A stretch of 63,998 nt of DNA, filler included, from Diploschistes diacapsis (taxonomy: Eukaryota), in the NCBI GenBank assembly GCA_023645945.1. It is 10 parts of 10 records of this genome, joined end to end, with 100 filler letters (N's around TTAATTAATTAA, not from the genome) between each part and the next. Parts side by side here need not be neighbours in the genome. Positions count along the whole stretch, not along the records: positions 1 to 4,155 come from JALAIB010001767.1; positions 4,256 to 8,408 come from JALAIB010001768.1; positions 8,509 to 12,658 come from JALAIB010001769.1; 7 more parts are not named here. The stretch is one strand, 5' to 3'. A program made the translations under genes and the position numbers. Shown here in pieces: positions 1-11,483 of this stretch. Position 1 is the stretch's first letter. Every line of letters starts with the position of its first letter. Under the pieces are notes generated by a model, which saw nothing but the letters and a program-made list of their open reading frames with translations, was not told where the DNA came from and did not search any database.

Positions 1-1866
1 CCCCCACACCCGCTCGTCCCCCGTCGCCGCCATCTTGCGCGCGAGAACCGCGAACGTCCCGCGCCGGAGAAACCATCCCTTGGCCCGGCCCTCGCCGCTG
101 CCCGCCCGCCGCATCTCCTCGAAGTAGCGCCACGCGTCGTCCAGGCTTTTTGGGCCCCCACCCGCTCCGCCTTCGCCGCCACCGCTGGCCTTGGCACAGA
201 TCAGCACGAGCCTGTCGTAGGTCAGTGCGTCCGGGGCCACGTCGAGGGCGCGCATCTCGGCCGCAAGGAAGAGGGCGGTCGGCTTGCCGCCCACGTTTGC
301 GCGGGCGGTGGCGGCGGCGGCGGCGGAGGAGGCAGCTGCGACCGCAGCCGTTGGCTGGTGGTGTTGCGCGACTCGCGCCTCGAGCCCGTCGTTCGTGTCT
401 TTCGTCCTCGAGCCGGCCACGGTCATGGCCTTCGAGCAGCCCTGCAGCAGGAGGTTGAACGTGTGCGTGTTGGGCCTCGCGCCGTCCGGCACGAGGAACG
501 CAAGCCGCCTGTACGCGGCCAGCGCCTCGCCCAGCTCGCCGCGCCACACGAGCGCCTCGAGCACGGCGTTGACCGCGCACAGCGGCGCGCGCTCCCCGCT
601 CTTCGCGCGCGCCCGCAGCACCCGCAGCGCATCGGACGGCCCGCCCCTGCCGTCGGCTCGGTCGCGCAGGAACAGGAACAGGCTCCGCGCACTGGCGTCC
701 GTCGGCGGCTGCGGCGTTCGCGCCATGATGTTCAGCACCGTCAGCGCGGACTCGAGATCCCCCGCGCCCAGGTACGTCTCCAGCAGGGCCTCGTAGTGGA
801 ACGGCCGCACGGGCGAGGAACGGCCGCCCAGCACGCGGAAGACGTCTGTTGCCAGGTCCGGATCTGCGGCGCGCGAGCAAGAGTCGAGGACGAGGCTGCA
901 CAGGCCCGAAGGCGGGTTGAGGTAGTCGGTTGCGACGGCGCGGTCCCAGGTGAAGGCGATGAGGGGGTGGTGCAGCGCCTGTGCGGCGGATGTGAGGACG
1001 TGGAGCCACACCGCGCTGGGGAGAGGGCTGGTTGGGGTGGTCAGTGCGAGGCGCTGGTGCAGGAGGGTGGTAGCTTCGGGGAAGGCGGAAACGGAGAGGC
1101 AGGTGTGTAGCAGGAGGTTGAGCAGCCAGGGTTCGGGGGTTATGTCGTGCTGCTGTAGCGCGTGGAAGGATTCCAGCGCCAATTCAAGCTGTCTGTCCCG
1201 CAAGAGGCCGGCGATGACATAGTGATGTCCTGCTGGCGTGAGGGGCGTCCAGGTCGCTTTGAGTTCCTGCAGTGTCTGTGCCCGGAGGGTGTAGGAGGGG
1301 TGTATGGCCAGGGCCTTGAGCACGGCGTGATGCGTCGCTGAGTCAATGTCAACGTGCTGGTCTTTCATCTCTTGCACCAGGCGCTCGACGTCCTCGACGG
1401 ACCCGAGCGCCAGGTCGGTGTTGGCCAGGATGAGGGCATAGTAGTGTCGGCTGTCCGGCCGTTCGCCGCGGGAGTGCACGAGTGTATATACTAGGTAGCG
1501 TGCCCAGGCGAGGTCGCCGCCGTTGGCGCGGCGGTGGAGCTCTTGGTGTAGCTCGGCGTTGGTGCCTAGGCGTATGATTGCGGAGGTGCGGGAGCTGTGG
1601 TCATCGGGGTCGGGAGGACGGTGGCTCCAGTGGAGCTGGAATCTGAGACGGTTTTGGGAGTTCGGAGAGTGGCCGTTTGGCCATTGGTAGGGTGGTCGTT
1701 CACGAGCCGTGCTTTGGAACCGGGGGTTGATGATTGTTGGTGATAGGAACCTGCTCTTCTTTGCGTGGCAGAGCAGCTGTGAGCGGGATGCTGGAGCTAC
1801 GGCAAGTGTAAATGAAGGGCACAGGTAATGCCAGAGTCTATCTACCACTTGGCGCGATGGTGGCAT
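1..1866 (-). CDS. Mitochondrial pentatricopeptide-repeat (PPR) protein, 3' end runs off the window
   Basis: Minus-strand frame from ATG at 1866 (MPPSRQVVDRLWHYLCPS, targeting-like N-terminus), then PPR-like helical repeats (RPDSRHYYALILAN, DSATHHAVLKALAIHP, GLLRDRQLELALE). No stop seen before position 1, which explains its absence from the ORF track. Confidence 0.8.
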   Translation of the reverse strand, partial: MPPSRQVVDRLWHYLCPSFTLAVAPASRSQLLCHAKKSRFLSPTIINPRFQSTARERPPYQWPNGHSPNSQNRLRFQLHWSHRPPDPDDHSSRTSAIIRLGTNAELHQELHRRANGGDLAWARYLVYTLVHSRGERPDSRHYYALILANTDLALGSVEDVERLVQEMKDQHVDIDSATHHAVLKALAIHPSYTLRAQTLQELKATWTPLTPAGHHYVIAGLLRDRQLELALESFHALQQHDITPEPWLLNLLLHTCLSVSAFPEATTLLHQRLALTTPTSPLPSAVWLHVLTSAAQALHHPLIAFTWDRAVATDYLNPPSGLCSLVLDSCSRAADPDLATDVFRVLGGRSSPVRPFHYEALLETYLGAGDLESALTVLNIMARTPQPPTDASARSLFLFLRDRADGRGGPSDALRVLRARAKSGERAPLCAVNAVLEALVWRGELGEALAAYRRLAFLVPDGARPNTHTFNLLLQGCSKAMTVAGSRTKDTNDGLEARVAQHHQPTAAVAAASSAAAAATARANVGGKPTALFLAAEMRALDVAPDALTYDRLVLICAKASGGGEGGAGGGPKSLDDAWRYFEEMRRAGSGEGRAKGWFLRRGTFAVLARKMAATGDERVWG

Positions 1867-2493
1867 AAGAACGTAAGATGCAGAGAAGGCATTGGACTTC
1901 TGTTCCTTTCCCAATAGATCTGATATCTACGCGTTGATTTTTGCAGAGTTTTTTATTGGCGGAACTTCAGTGATATCCGTCCGCTTGGGCCATAATATCA
2001 TCACTTCTCCTTTCTGGCCTTCGCAGTCAAGTTCCCTCGACATATGTCTATAGTTTCCCTTATTGTACCGGCTCTTGCCATTCAGTTTCCTTCCTGGAGT
2101 TTTAGATTATAAGAAACCAATGCCTCGCACCGGGCATCATTGCCTCTACCATTAATCGTCACGCCTAGGCCAGTGGCACGTAGCCCAGAATTTCTCTCGC
2201 TTGAGGCGCTTCATGCCCACTATCATGATCGAGTCAAATTTTGGTAACTGGGGTATTTCGCAAAATAACATCCCAATACGGTGTCTCCCGCCTCTACCTT
2301 GTTCAAGCAGCAGTCTTACAACCCCTTCCTTGCTAGTGTTGCCGCGCATCCGGGATAATCCGTCTGGTCCGCCTCCGTACATGCCAACGCCAGGAACAGT
2401 GCCTCCACTCGTCCGTAAAATTTCGGAACTCGCGGATGGCTACCATTAGGGGATCCGTAAGCTTGAATACGCTCCAATCCACCCCGAGCCTTT

Positions 2494-2984
2494 TCAGCCT
2501 CCTCCTCTGCCTCTGCCTCGCCCTCTTCCGCCTCTATGACCCCTGCCCCGTTCGCCCCTCCCTCCGTGATCGCCACGCTGTCCTCCGCCTCTTGCGCCGC
2601 GGCTCGATTGCTGTGTCTGTTGTTGCTCCTTTACAACGTCTATGATCTCGTCCGGAACGCGTAAATACTTGATCTGTGCAAAGCGTGAGCCCTCGATACC
2701 GCATGCGGACGATGCTCGTGCTTTTTAGACATACATTGTTACCCCGAACATAGACCTCGGGCAAACTGAAGAACTTGTCACCATCTGGGCTGGTCTGCAC
2801 GACTTCCTTGAGGGTCAAGTTCATCCAGGTATCGCTGTTGATCAGGTGACCGTTGAGAGTTTCCCCGTTCTTCAACTCGACGAGCATTGGGTGGCCCTGC
2901 GCGGCGTGGAGAAGGCCAAGTGGTAACTGCCGACATGTTAACCCATATACAACACTTCAAGTCAGGGAAATCAGGACGGACCAT
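2494..2984 (-). CDS. LSM4: U6 snRNA-associated Sm-like protein Lsm4 (3 exons)
   Basis: ATG-only exon at 2982-2984, then [28 protein letters not shown]...YVRGNN, an intron, then [11 protein letters not shown] and an RG-rich tail. TGA at 2494-2496. Confidence 0.93.
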
Positions 2985-3280
2985 CGTGTTCGCGGCGTTG
3001 TCTACCCAGGCCACTCACTGAAAGTGCAATGCCAGGATATACGATAAAATAAACTAAAGAGTAGAGAGTATGTAAATACACTCGCTTGGAAAATTACATT
3101 ACGCTTTGAAAGTATACGCTACTTCAAGTTTATATACAAGAGGAAGAAACTAGTTATCTGTTTTTTGATCAGTGGTTATTGCTTACCCAATACCGGGTTA
3201 TCAAGCCGCCATGGTGAAATAATCACACTTATATGCACTTCAAATATCTATCCGGTGGGAAAAGAAAAATCCAAAAAAAA

Positions 3281-3398
3281 CATACAACAGTGAGAATTCC
3301 CAGATGGTCACCCACTCCAGTACTACTTCACCGGTCTCCAGCTTAGATATGGCAGAGCGGACGGGATACCTCGTTCTCTGGAGCCTATGGCCGTATGT
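3281..3398 (-). rRNA. 5S rRNA gene (dispersed copy)
   Basis: Reverse complement reads ACATACGGCCATAGG...CCCGTCCGCTCTGCC...TAGTACTGGAGTGGGTGACCATCTGGGAA...CTGTTGTATG (118 nt), followed by a poly-T Pol III terminator. TATA-like element about 25-30 nt upstream. Confidence 0.93.
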
Positions 3399-3867
3399 GA
3401 AAGGCTATGCCAAGGTTGATTAATATATTGCTTAGAAAAATATGGTTATTCTGCTCGGCCCTAAAATTTTTGGCCCCGAGTTTTGGGTAGAGACACAGCT
3501 GGATGGCTTGTCAGGCCGTTAAAGATGGTCGAAGAAGCGCATCATCCGTCATACCAATATTTCCCCATCGTTTGGGGTTGCCTGACCCCTCCTCGCCCTA
3601 CTAGTAAGGGTTCCACAGCTAGGCTTCGCAGGGTGCAACAGCACCACACTTAAAGTATGACATTATCTATAGCCGCCGATTCTTGTTCCTAACCAACTTG
3701 CCATCGGCACGACGACCTTGTCTTAAAGCAGCAATAACAGTAACGAATCCCGATTTGGGAGAGAAATCTACCGTATTAGCGCTTCAACCGCAACGAATGA
3801 TCTGAGAAGCCCTCCTCCGCAAAACAAAAAAAAACAATCAAAGGGCAGCAAGAAAAACCCCGCAAAA

Positions 3868-4155
3868 ATGGGCATACCCTACAGCAAAGAAATCAAGCAG
3901 GCCTTCGTGGAGCTCGACAAAGCCTACGGCCAAGTCACCCCTCTCGTGGCCGCCGCGTACGAAGTCCTCGAGACCACAAAGAACATCTCCCTTCTCCTCG
4001 CTGGCATCCAGGTCCTGACCGTTCTCCTCTTGGCCCTCATCCTCTTGGCCCTGGTCGGGCTGCTGGTTACGATGAATCCGGAATTGGAGAAGGAGCGGGA
4101 GGAGTTCGTGACGCCGGTGGTCAAGTGGCTGGCCGGGTGGGCAGATGTGGGGAGG
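3868..4155 (+). CDS. Small hypothetical membrane protein, truncated by gap
   Basis: ORF MGIPYSKEIKQAF... with one long hydrophobic helix (LLLAGIQVLTVLLLALILLALVGLLV), GC3-rich codons and AAAATG start context. Confidence 0.7.
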
Positions 4156-4255
4156 NNNNNNNNNNNNNNNNNNNNNNNNNNNNNNNNNNNNNNNNNNNNT
4201 TAATTAATTAANNNNNNNNNNNNNNNNNNNNNNNNNNNNNNNNNNNNNNNNNNNN
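4156..4255. other. Artificial contig linker (N44-TTAATTAATTAA-N44); also at 8409, 12659, 39287, 43532, 47776, 52019, 56251, 60479
   Basis: Identical 100-nt spacer with a six-frame stop palindrome at every gap. Confidence 0.97.
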
Positions 4256-4441
4256 TGATAAAAATACGGATATGGATATCGTAATAAAAATTTTCTCGAC
4301 ACGAATACTAACACGGATACTATATTGTAATAAAAGCACGGATACGGATACTGCAGCTAAAAAATCTAAAATATTGATATTGACACTACGGTGTCCGTGT
4401 TACTGACACCGGCACTGTCAGTGTCAGTGACGGCCAGCCTA
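4256..4441 (-). mobile_element. Terminus of a hAT-like DNA element with ACACGG/ATACGG subterminal repeats
   Basis: The end reads TAGGCTGGCCGTCACTGAC on the minus strand, with many (A/C)CACGGATAC-type repeats. A homologous copy lies at 52119-52500. Confidence 0.55.
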
Positions 4442-4453
4442 GTTTACTTAATA

Positions 4454-4663
4454 ACGTGTTTCACTACTTAACGGATCACACCAGAAGGCGGCTCATTACA
4501 TTATAATGTAGATACGCTAGACAGTTTTAAGCGAGCTTTTGAGCCCCACAACTACATATAAAATTATTTGTACGAAAGGTGAAAATGTTAAGAAACACAT
4601 TTTACGAAGGTGCAGGGATTGTGAGCCGCTTTGTGGTGTGATCCGTTAAGTGGTGAAACACGT
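4454..4663. mobile_element. Fot1/pogo-type MITE (210 bp)
   Basis: About 43-bp TIRs ACGTGTTTCAC...GCGGCTCA, TA on both flanks, internal sequence shared with copies at 22787, 51626 and 51835. Confidence 0.85.
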
Positions 4664-4718
4664 TACTTACTGCTTCGCTTAGGAACTTGGAGGGCGACAT
4701 TGGCGACACATGAAATTA

Positions 4719-4824
4719 CAGTCAGGTGCTAAAAGTAGTTAGGTACACCATAAGCGGCAGTAAACAGTTGACTGTTTATTTACTGCCGCTTATGTTGTAC
4801 CTAACTACTTTTGGCCTAGTACTG
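4719..4824. mobile_element. mimp/impala-like (Tc1-mariner) MITE, nearly fully palindromic (106 bp)
   Basis: TA-CAGT...ACTG-TA ends. Arm AAAAGTAGTTAGGTACA(C/A)CATAAGCGGCAGTAAA is present in inverted orientation. Confidence 0.7.
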
Positions 4825-4913
4825 TAACTCGTTCTCGGTTATAAACGGTTCATCAACATTAACACTTCACGAAGTTCTAAAACACAGAGCTCTGGCTTTG
4901 ATGGGTACGAGCC

Positions 4914-6934
4914 ATGATTATCATAATGGGCAACGCTATTAACTTGAAGTACTCGTCGGCTCTTTGGCGACCTTGTAAATATGGTGCTACAATGGTCACC
5001 GCTGCTGGCCAGAAGCATTTTGTCCTACCACTCCGCTCTATCACGACCCATGCCTATACGCAGCATGGAACCGCCTTTTCGAAAATCGCGAGCCATGTAG
5101 ATCGGACTTCGGGCGACTTCTTCCAAAACGCACAGGATATGGGCCGTTTGCTTTCAGAGCTAAGAAATCAGCATGCGAAGATTCAACAAGGGGGCCCCAT
5201 GAAAGCAAGAGAGAGACACTTGGGTCGAGGAAAAATGCTTGCACGAGAGTAACTGATCGCCTGAGCAATTTCAATCACATGACTAACTTTTTCGCAGCAG
5301 GATTGCGGCACTATTGGATCCAGGAAGTTCTTTACTTGAGCTGTCCCCATTAGCAGGCCACGATCTATACCCTGGTGAAGATGTGCCCGCGGGTGGTCTG
5401 ATCACAGGAATCGCGAAAGTGCACGGTATCTCATGTATGATAGTAGCCAACGACAGCACGTTGGTCACTCGTGGTGGATTCCGACACGAAGCTTTACTTA
5501 CTGGACACAAGGGTAAAAGGGGGTTCTTACTATCCAATCACGGTCAAGAAACACCTCCGAGCACAACAAATTGCCTTCGAAAATCGTGGGTGTACTATCA
5601 AAGTAAAGAGTGGACAGTGGTGCTGATTATTGCAGGACTACCATGCCTTTATCTCGTTGACTCTGGAGGTGCAAACCTACCCCATCAGGCGGATGTCTTT
5701 CCTGATAGTCATCATTTTGGCCGAATATTCTACAATCAGGCTAGGAGTAAGTGTTATTGAAGGTTTTAACCTCCCGAAGCTGATAGCGGTCAAGTGAGCT
5801 CCTTAGGTATCCCTCAAATTTCTGTAGTATTGGGACCTTGCACCGCTGGTGGTGCCTATGTTCCAGCTATGTCTGACGAGACAATCATAGTCGAGAATCA
5901 AGGGACGATCTTTCTTGCTGGTCCGCCGCTAGTTAAAGCCGCCACAGGCGAGATTGTCTCAGCTGAAGATTTGGGAGGTGGGATGCTTCACAGTTCTATT
6001 TCAGGTGTTGCAGATTATCTGGCCACAGACGATTCACATGCGCTTGTACTCGCTCGAAGAGCAGTGGCTAATTTCAATCTGCCACCTAACCGGCTTCAAG
6101 CCAGATCTGTCCGTGAGCCTCTTTATGATCCGCATGAGCTTGACGGCATTATTGGCGTGAACCTCAAGAAACACGTCTCTGTCTACGAAGTGATTGCGCG
6201 AATAGTCGATGGAAGCGAGTTCTCTGAATTCAAAAAAGACTATGGACCCACACTAGTCACAGGTATAATCTTGGTATACAGTGTTTGATTGAAGCTGAGA
6301 CAAATAGGCTTCGCTCGCGTACATGGCATTCTAATAGGCATCGTGGCGAACAATGGCATTCTTTTCTCAGAGTCATCCCTTAAAGGGGCTCACTTTGTCC
6401 AGCTATGCGCGCAGCGCAACATCCCTTTACTTTTCCTACAGAACATCAGCGGTTTCATGGTTGGGGCTGATGCCGAAAAGGGGGGTATTGCGAAGAATGG
6501 TGCTAAATTAGTCACAGCAGTCGCCTGTGCTGAGGTGCCCAAGTTTACTGTGGTTTTCGGAGCCAGCTCAGGTGCAGGAAATTACGGCATGTGGTGGGTG
6601 AAACTCTAGTTCTGGTTTGTTTTCACTGGCTGATGTCGAAAGTGGACGTGCATATTCACCGAGGTTTCTGTGGATGTGGCCGAATGCAAAGATAGGAGTG
6701 ATGGGCTCAGAGCAGCTCGGTGCTGTGATGGATGCTGTGGGCGGAAAAGCTGATCCTGATCTGAGAGCGCGCATAGACCGCGAGAGTGACGCTGTGTTTT
6801 CATCCGCCCACCTTTGGGATGATGGAGTTATTCCTCCAGCACACACGCGTCAAGTGCTTAGACTAGCCTTCGAGGCGACCCTAGGTGGGAAGGAAATCGA
6901 TGTCCCAAGCAAATTCGGCGTTTTTAGAATGTAG
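4914..6934 (+). CDS. mccB: 3-methylcrotonyl-CoA carboxylase beta subunit (multi-exon)
   Basis: Motifs [82 protein letters not shown], and C-terminal KFGVFRM. Exact start codon uncertain. Confidence 0.93.
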
Positions 6935-7051
6935 AAACTCGATGTCTTTGCTTTTATATGTTTCAAGTAAGCATATTGAACGTAAGCTCACTGTATATAT
7001 ATGCTCAGGTGGCAGAGAACCTCGCGAAGAGTGCAATAAGCCCATCGGTCG

Positions 7052-7973
7052 TTAAAATATGGCACAGTGAATTTCTCTATGCCTTCTTCGTCTGCGCGGC
7101 CTCCTATGTGGGTGATCTCGGATTTGGCGAGGCTCGTAATCTCTTTGCACAGAACTCATCTCTTTTCGCATGATTTGTCTGCAGAGGTCCTGAAAGGCTT
7201 CATCGACATTGGCTCGCCGTCTTGCTGACGTCTCGTAGTAAGGAGCATGACCCCAACCTTCCGATACTGCGAATGCCCGACCTCTGGAAACAGCGCGATG
7301 GTCTTCAAGATCTGATTTGTTGCCCACGATGACCAAAGGAACCCTATCGTCGTCTTTAATCCTAACGATTTGCTCTCGAAGCTCATAAAGCTCGTTCAAG
7401 CTGCTCAATGATGTAATAGAGAAGACTAAAAGAAACCCCTGTCCGGATTTCATATAAAGCTCCCTGTAGTCACATCAGGTACCTGTAATATCGTGTGGCT
7501 GAGTGGAGTACCTCATTGCAGCTTTGAAGTAATTTAGTTTTACAATCAATTTGAGGGTAATATTCTGACTTACTGAATTGCTCTGTGCCTGCAGTATCTA
7601 GACTACGTGGTATAAGCCAGTTTTCAAAGCAGAATGAGTCTTCGGCACACATCTCTAGTATACATTGTCGACCCTACTGGAATCAATTAACTTCTTCGTA
7701 ATGTCAACCGAACTTACGTCCACCTCAATTTGCTTCCTATAAGAGTCTTCTATCGTGGGATCATAGCTCTCTATCCACACGTTCTGCACGAACTGCGCTG
7801 TCTAATACTTGGTATCCCCAGAAAGCCTCGGGTCTGTGCACGCCATACCAGTCAAGCAGCTTTTGCCAACGCCACCGGCCCCCAACACCACAATATGATA
7901 TTCTCGTCTACAAGACTCATGAGCTTTAGCAAGTCATCGGTTGACGTGTAAATGTATAATACCTTGCAGACAT
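7052..7973 (-). CDS. RSR1: Ras-family small GTPase Rsr1/Krev-1 (Rap1-like), multi-exon
   Basis: [64 protein letters not shown], and CAAX box CAIF. Includes a 10-nt micro-exon at 7512-7521. Confidence 0.9.
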
Positions 7974-8173
7974 TATAAGTGAAGATCCAAATATCCTAAG
8001 ACTTGCACTGCACGATCGGTGCAGTATCCTAGAGACGTGCTGATGGGGCTGGTGGTTATGCTTCCAGGTTCTTAGACCGTCAAGACTATAAAGAAATCAA
8101 GCGCATCGCATTCCGGGCTGGAATAAAAGTGCGTATTTGATGGATTTTCAGGTTCTGCTGCATAAAGAATTTC

Positions 8174-8277
8174 GATGGCGGAATAGTGAAGACAGTTGTT
8201 AGCGGACCTTTTTCATGGTTGTGGGTTCAATTCCCACTGCTGCCGCCCCGAAAATTCTTTGTTTCAGGCTTGGCAAT
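8174..8277 (+). repeat. tRNA-derived (SINE-like) repeat, degenerate copy A
   Basis: A-box-like TGGCGGAATAG, T-arm/B-box GTGGGTTCAATTCCCAC then TGCTGCC, and a non-tRNA tail ...GGCTTGGCAAT shared with 27985-28075. Confidence 0.55.
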
Positions 8278-8508
8278 CTAACTTCATCTTAGAACAGTTA
8301 AACCTATTTTCAAAATAAAGCTTCGATCGCAAAATTAAAGATAAATAAAAACAATACTTATATAAAAAATGATGTAATGTGGTGTAGCTTGTGTGGCTGT
8401 GTTAAAAANNNNNNNNNNNNNNNNNNNNNNNNNNNNNNNNNNNNNNNNNNNNTTAATTAATTAANNNNNNNNNNNNNNNNNNNNNNNNNNNNNNNNNNNN
8501 NNNNNNNN

Positions 8509-8615
8509 ATCCGGATTAGCGGGAGTTTTAATAGATTCAACTGAACTGAACCTTGAGCCTAAGGTTCAATTGAACTTTCCTATCCATGCATTCTACCTTT
8601 CTGCTCAACAGAAAC
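8509..8615. repeat. Unclassified dispersed repeat (second copy about 60951-61055)
   Basis: Collinear shared blocks TTCA(A/G)CTGAACTGAACC and CCATGC(A/C)TTCT(A/G)CCT(T/G)TCTGCTCAACA on two different contigs. Confidence 0.55.
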
Positions 8616-8997
8616 TAAAATAAATATTAACAAACTACAGTTATTGTTGTCATATAAACTAAAAACATTATTAAGGGGGAAATAAAGATTTTATGAAATT
8701 AATCTAGACGCTGTTTAGCTCGATATAATGGCATTATTAACAATCGATCTAAACACAGAATGTTTCACACTAGCATGTCCCCGAAGGAACCAAAACCCCT
8801 CATATTCTTATGAAATGGGGCACGCTCGGTTGCATAGCAATCAGCCGTCGATTGCCTCAAGGCAATGCAACTTCACAGCCTCGAGCAGAAATAAGGCATG
8901 TCGTGGCGCCTGCGACCCCCTAGGGAGGCGGGGGCACAGCGCATATAATAGGTGAAGGGAGCTCTTCTCTTTCTCCGATCTTGTGGTAAACAACAAT

Positions 8998-9336
8998 ATG
9001 GATGACTATGCGGACGCTCCAACAGACTCTCACACAGCAGCCTCATATGCGAAGGATGATGTGGTGTACTACCGCAATAATAGTAGGTTGCCTTGTATAT
9101 GAAGAGACTGGATACCCCTTCAAGCTAACGATCGCCGCCTGCAGAAGAGTGGCTCTTGGGCACAATTGTCGGGACAGCCGAAGGAAGTAGTAATGGCCGA
9201 CCTATCTACTCGGTACCATGAATTGCGCTGGGGGCAAATGTCCTGCTGATACAGTCTCTAGATCAAACCTTCGGATAGGGACGTGAAGGACGTGGCCAAA
9301 TCTGATAGGCATATCAAAAAGAAGGGCCAGCAGTGA
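8998..9336 (+). CDS. Hidden 75-aa three-exon protein, predicted SH3/Tudor-like beta-barrel
   Basis: Exons 8998-9082, 9145-9212, 9262-9336. Introns GTAGGT..GCTAAC..CAG (62 nt) and GTACCA..GCTGAT..TAG (49 nt) keep the frame. Product MDDYADAPTDSHTAASYAKDDVVYYRNNKEWLLGTIVGTAEGSSNGRPIYSIKPSDRDVKDVAKSDRHIKKKGQQ. TATA-like element at about 8944. Confidence 0.7.
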
Positions 9337-9680
9337 AACAGAAACACGATGCATATAGAATCGCTTGTGGATTTAAGAATGGAAATGCAAATACATCTTC
9401 AATAGAACACTCTTCCATACTTAATCTTTCGGTGATGCTGTAGATGTAAAAGCCGTTTCTTCCACCAACTCTCCGAAAAGCAAATAGCAAAAGATCGCCC
9501 GTCTAGCGTGCTTTAGCCGATATGGGTTTGGTACAAATAGTAACAATATCCCATCTCCAATCATGAGATAATGGCCACTCATATATAATTGAACAGTCCT
9601 CATCTTCCGCCGTAATTGAGAAAGCTGTAATGCGCTATTCACCAGAACACCAAACCTTCGCCTACAGAATATACCTATAC

Positions 9681-11335
9681 ATGTCAAATCCACTTTCTCA
9701 CACATGGACCTTGAAGGTTTCTGAGGTGAGGGAGAGATGCGGCGAATACATCAAATTACAGAACTTTGGCACCCAAAAAGACTTTTTTGACATGCTCAAA
9801 AACAGAGCGAAAGAAAGAAAACTGAACCGGGATATTGAGAAAGATCTGTACCATCTTCAACAGACGTTAGGGCCGATTGAAACATTTGTTAACCGCATTT
9901 GCAAGACGTTTGAGGGCCGAGGGGACCTCAGGCCCGAAACCTTGCTTTCTCTGGTCTGGGAAGTCTCCTTTGCTGTAATACAGGCAAGTAAAGTTCTTTC
10001 TTTAGTAACAATAATTGATGAGCTGCTAGGAAGGCTTCTCCCACCACTATCCACTCCACAATCTCGTTAGCCTGCTTGCAGCTCTTACCCCCACTGGGCT
10101 GGCTCTGGATCCAACTGCTCCGGACGAGGAACTATTTATGCGGACACCTATATTGCATGATTTCCCGCAAACCATGTATCGACGGTATATCAACTCACAT
10201 CTTGAGCTTATCAATATGATAATAAGTAAGCTTGCTTCCATCATTCGCCTTCAAAGCCATGCTAATCCTCGGTCGTATAGAAAAGCCTGAGACCCTTGGA
10301 GAAATTGGACTGGAGGATGCACAAACTATTGTACAGCAATCAGAGACGCTTTTCAAGAGGGCCAAAGAGGATTATATTTTATCTTTAAAGGTAGCTCGCG
10401 AGGTGGCTGGGCTCACACGCAACGGGGATGCCAACTCGTCGCCCTTTGACAGAGGAGAGGAACTTGGGAGAGGTACATTCGGGATTGTCTACAAGGCTCA
10501 AGAAAGATCAACGAAGCTTGTCTATGCCGAGAAGCACATCACCGCAGGATCAGGCTCATCGAAGATCTCTAACCATAGTCAAGTTCTCGATGAGATTAAC
10601 AACATGCGGAAACTCAGTCATCTTCATATAACCCGACTGGCCTTTGCACTGAAAGGTACTGAAGGTTACAGCCTATACATCCTGCCTGTAGCTGACCGCA
10701 ATCTTGATGACCTGCTGGCGAAACCAGATACACGGTTCACCAACGAGCAAGTTCTCTCATGGTGTGGCTGCCTTGCAGCGGCACTCGATTATGCACACAG
10801 GAGTAGAGTCAAGCATAAGGATATCAAGCCCGGCAACATACTCCTCGAAGCCAGTGGTAATATCTTGTTGACTGATTTCGGACTTGCCAAAGATTTCTCC
10901 GGGCAAGACGAGAGTGGATCGATTGCGTCTGGCTATACTGGGACCCGCAAATATCAAGCGCCGGAATGCATAAAGGGAGGGAAGCATAATCAAGCCTCCG
11001 ATATCTTCTCCCTGGGCTGCGTCTACGCCGAGATCCTCAATTTCCTGAATGGACAAACCTTATATCAATTTGACAAGATGCGTAAGGATGAATGGGGCAG
11101 CAAAGTCTTCCGAGAACGCCATGACAGGATGGCGAAGTGGTTACAGATGCGGGAGGAGAAAGAAGAGAGCAAAGCAAAGCGGATCCTTTTGACAACTATC
11201 CCATCGATGCTCAAAGAGACTGTAAAAGTACGTATCGAATCGCATGAGATTGTGCAGATATTCTTGGGTGGACATTATCGTGAGCAGCTGTTTTGCGAGA
11301 TGTGCTCTCGGAAGGAGCCAAAGAACGGAGGATAA
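9681..11335 (+). CDS. Ser/Thr protein kinase with an N-terminal helical domain (3 exons)
   Basis: Kinase motifs GRGTFGIV, HKDIKPGN, DFG, GTRKYQAPE, SDIFSLG. The upstream ORF from ATG 9681 joins in frame through two short introns (about 9984-10029 and 10226-10279). Confidence 0.8.
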
Positions 11336-11483
11336 ACTATCGGGTACTGTAGCGAAGCTGGGAGACGGAGAGCACTTGAACCTGAAAGATCACAACGCCT
11401 ATGAGGCATTCTTGAGAAACATGATCCAATATGCTGGCCCATACGATGGTAATTGTCTATTTCTCTCATGGGGTAAGCCTGAA

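Noticed and set aside
150..1352. Several plus-strand and alternate-frame ORFs up to 250 aa
   Set aside because: Shadows of the GC-rich minus-strand PPR gene.
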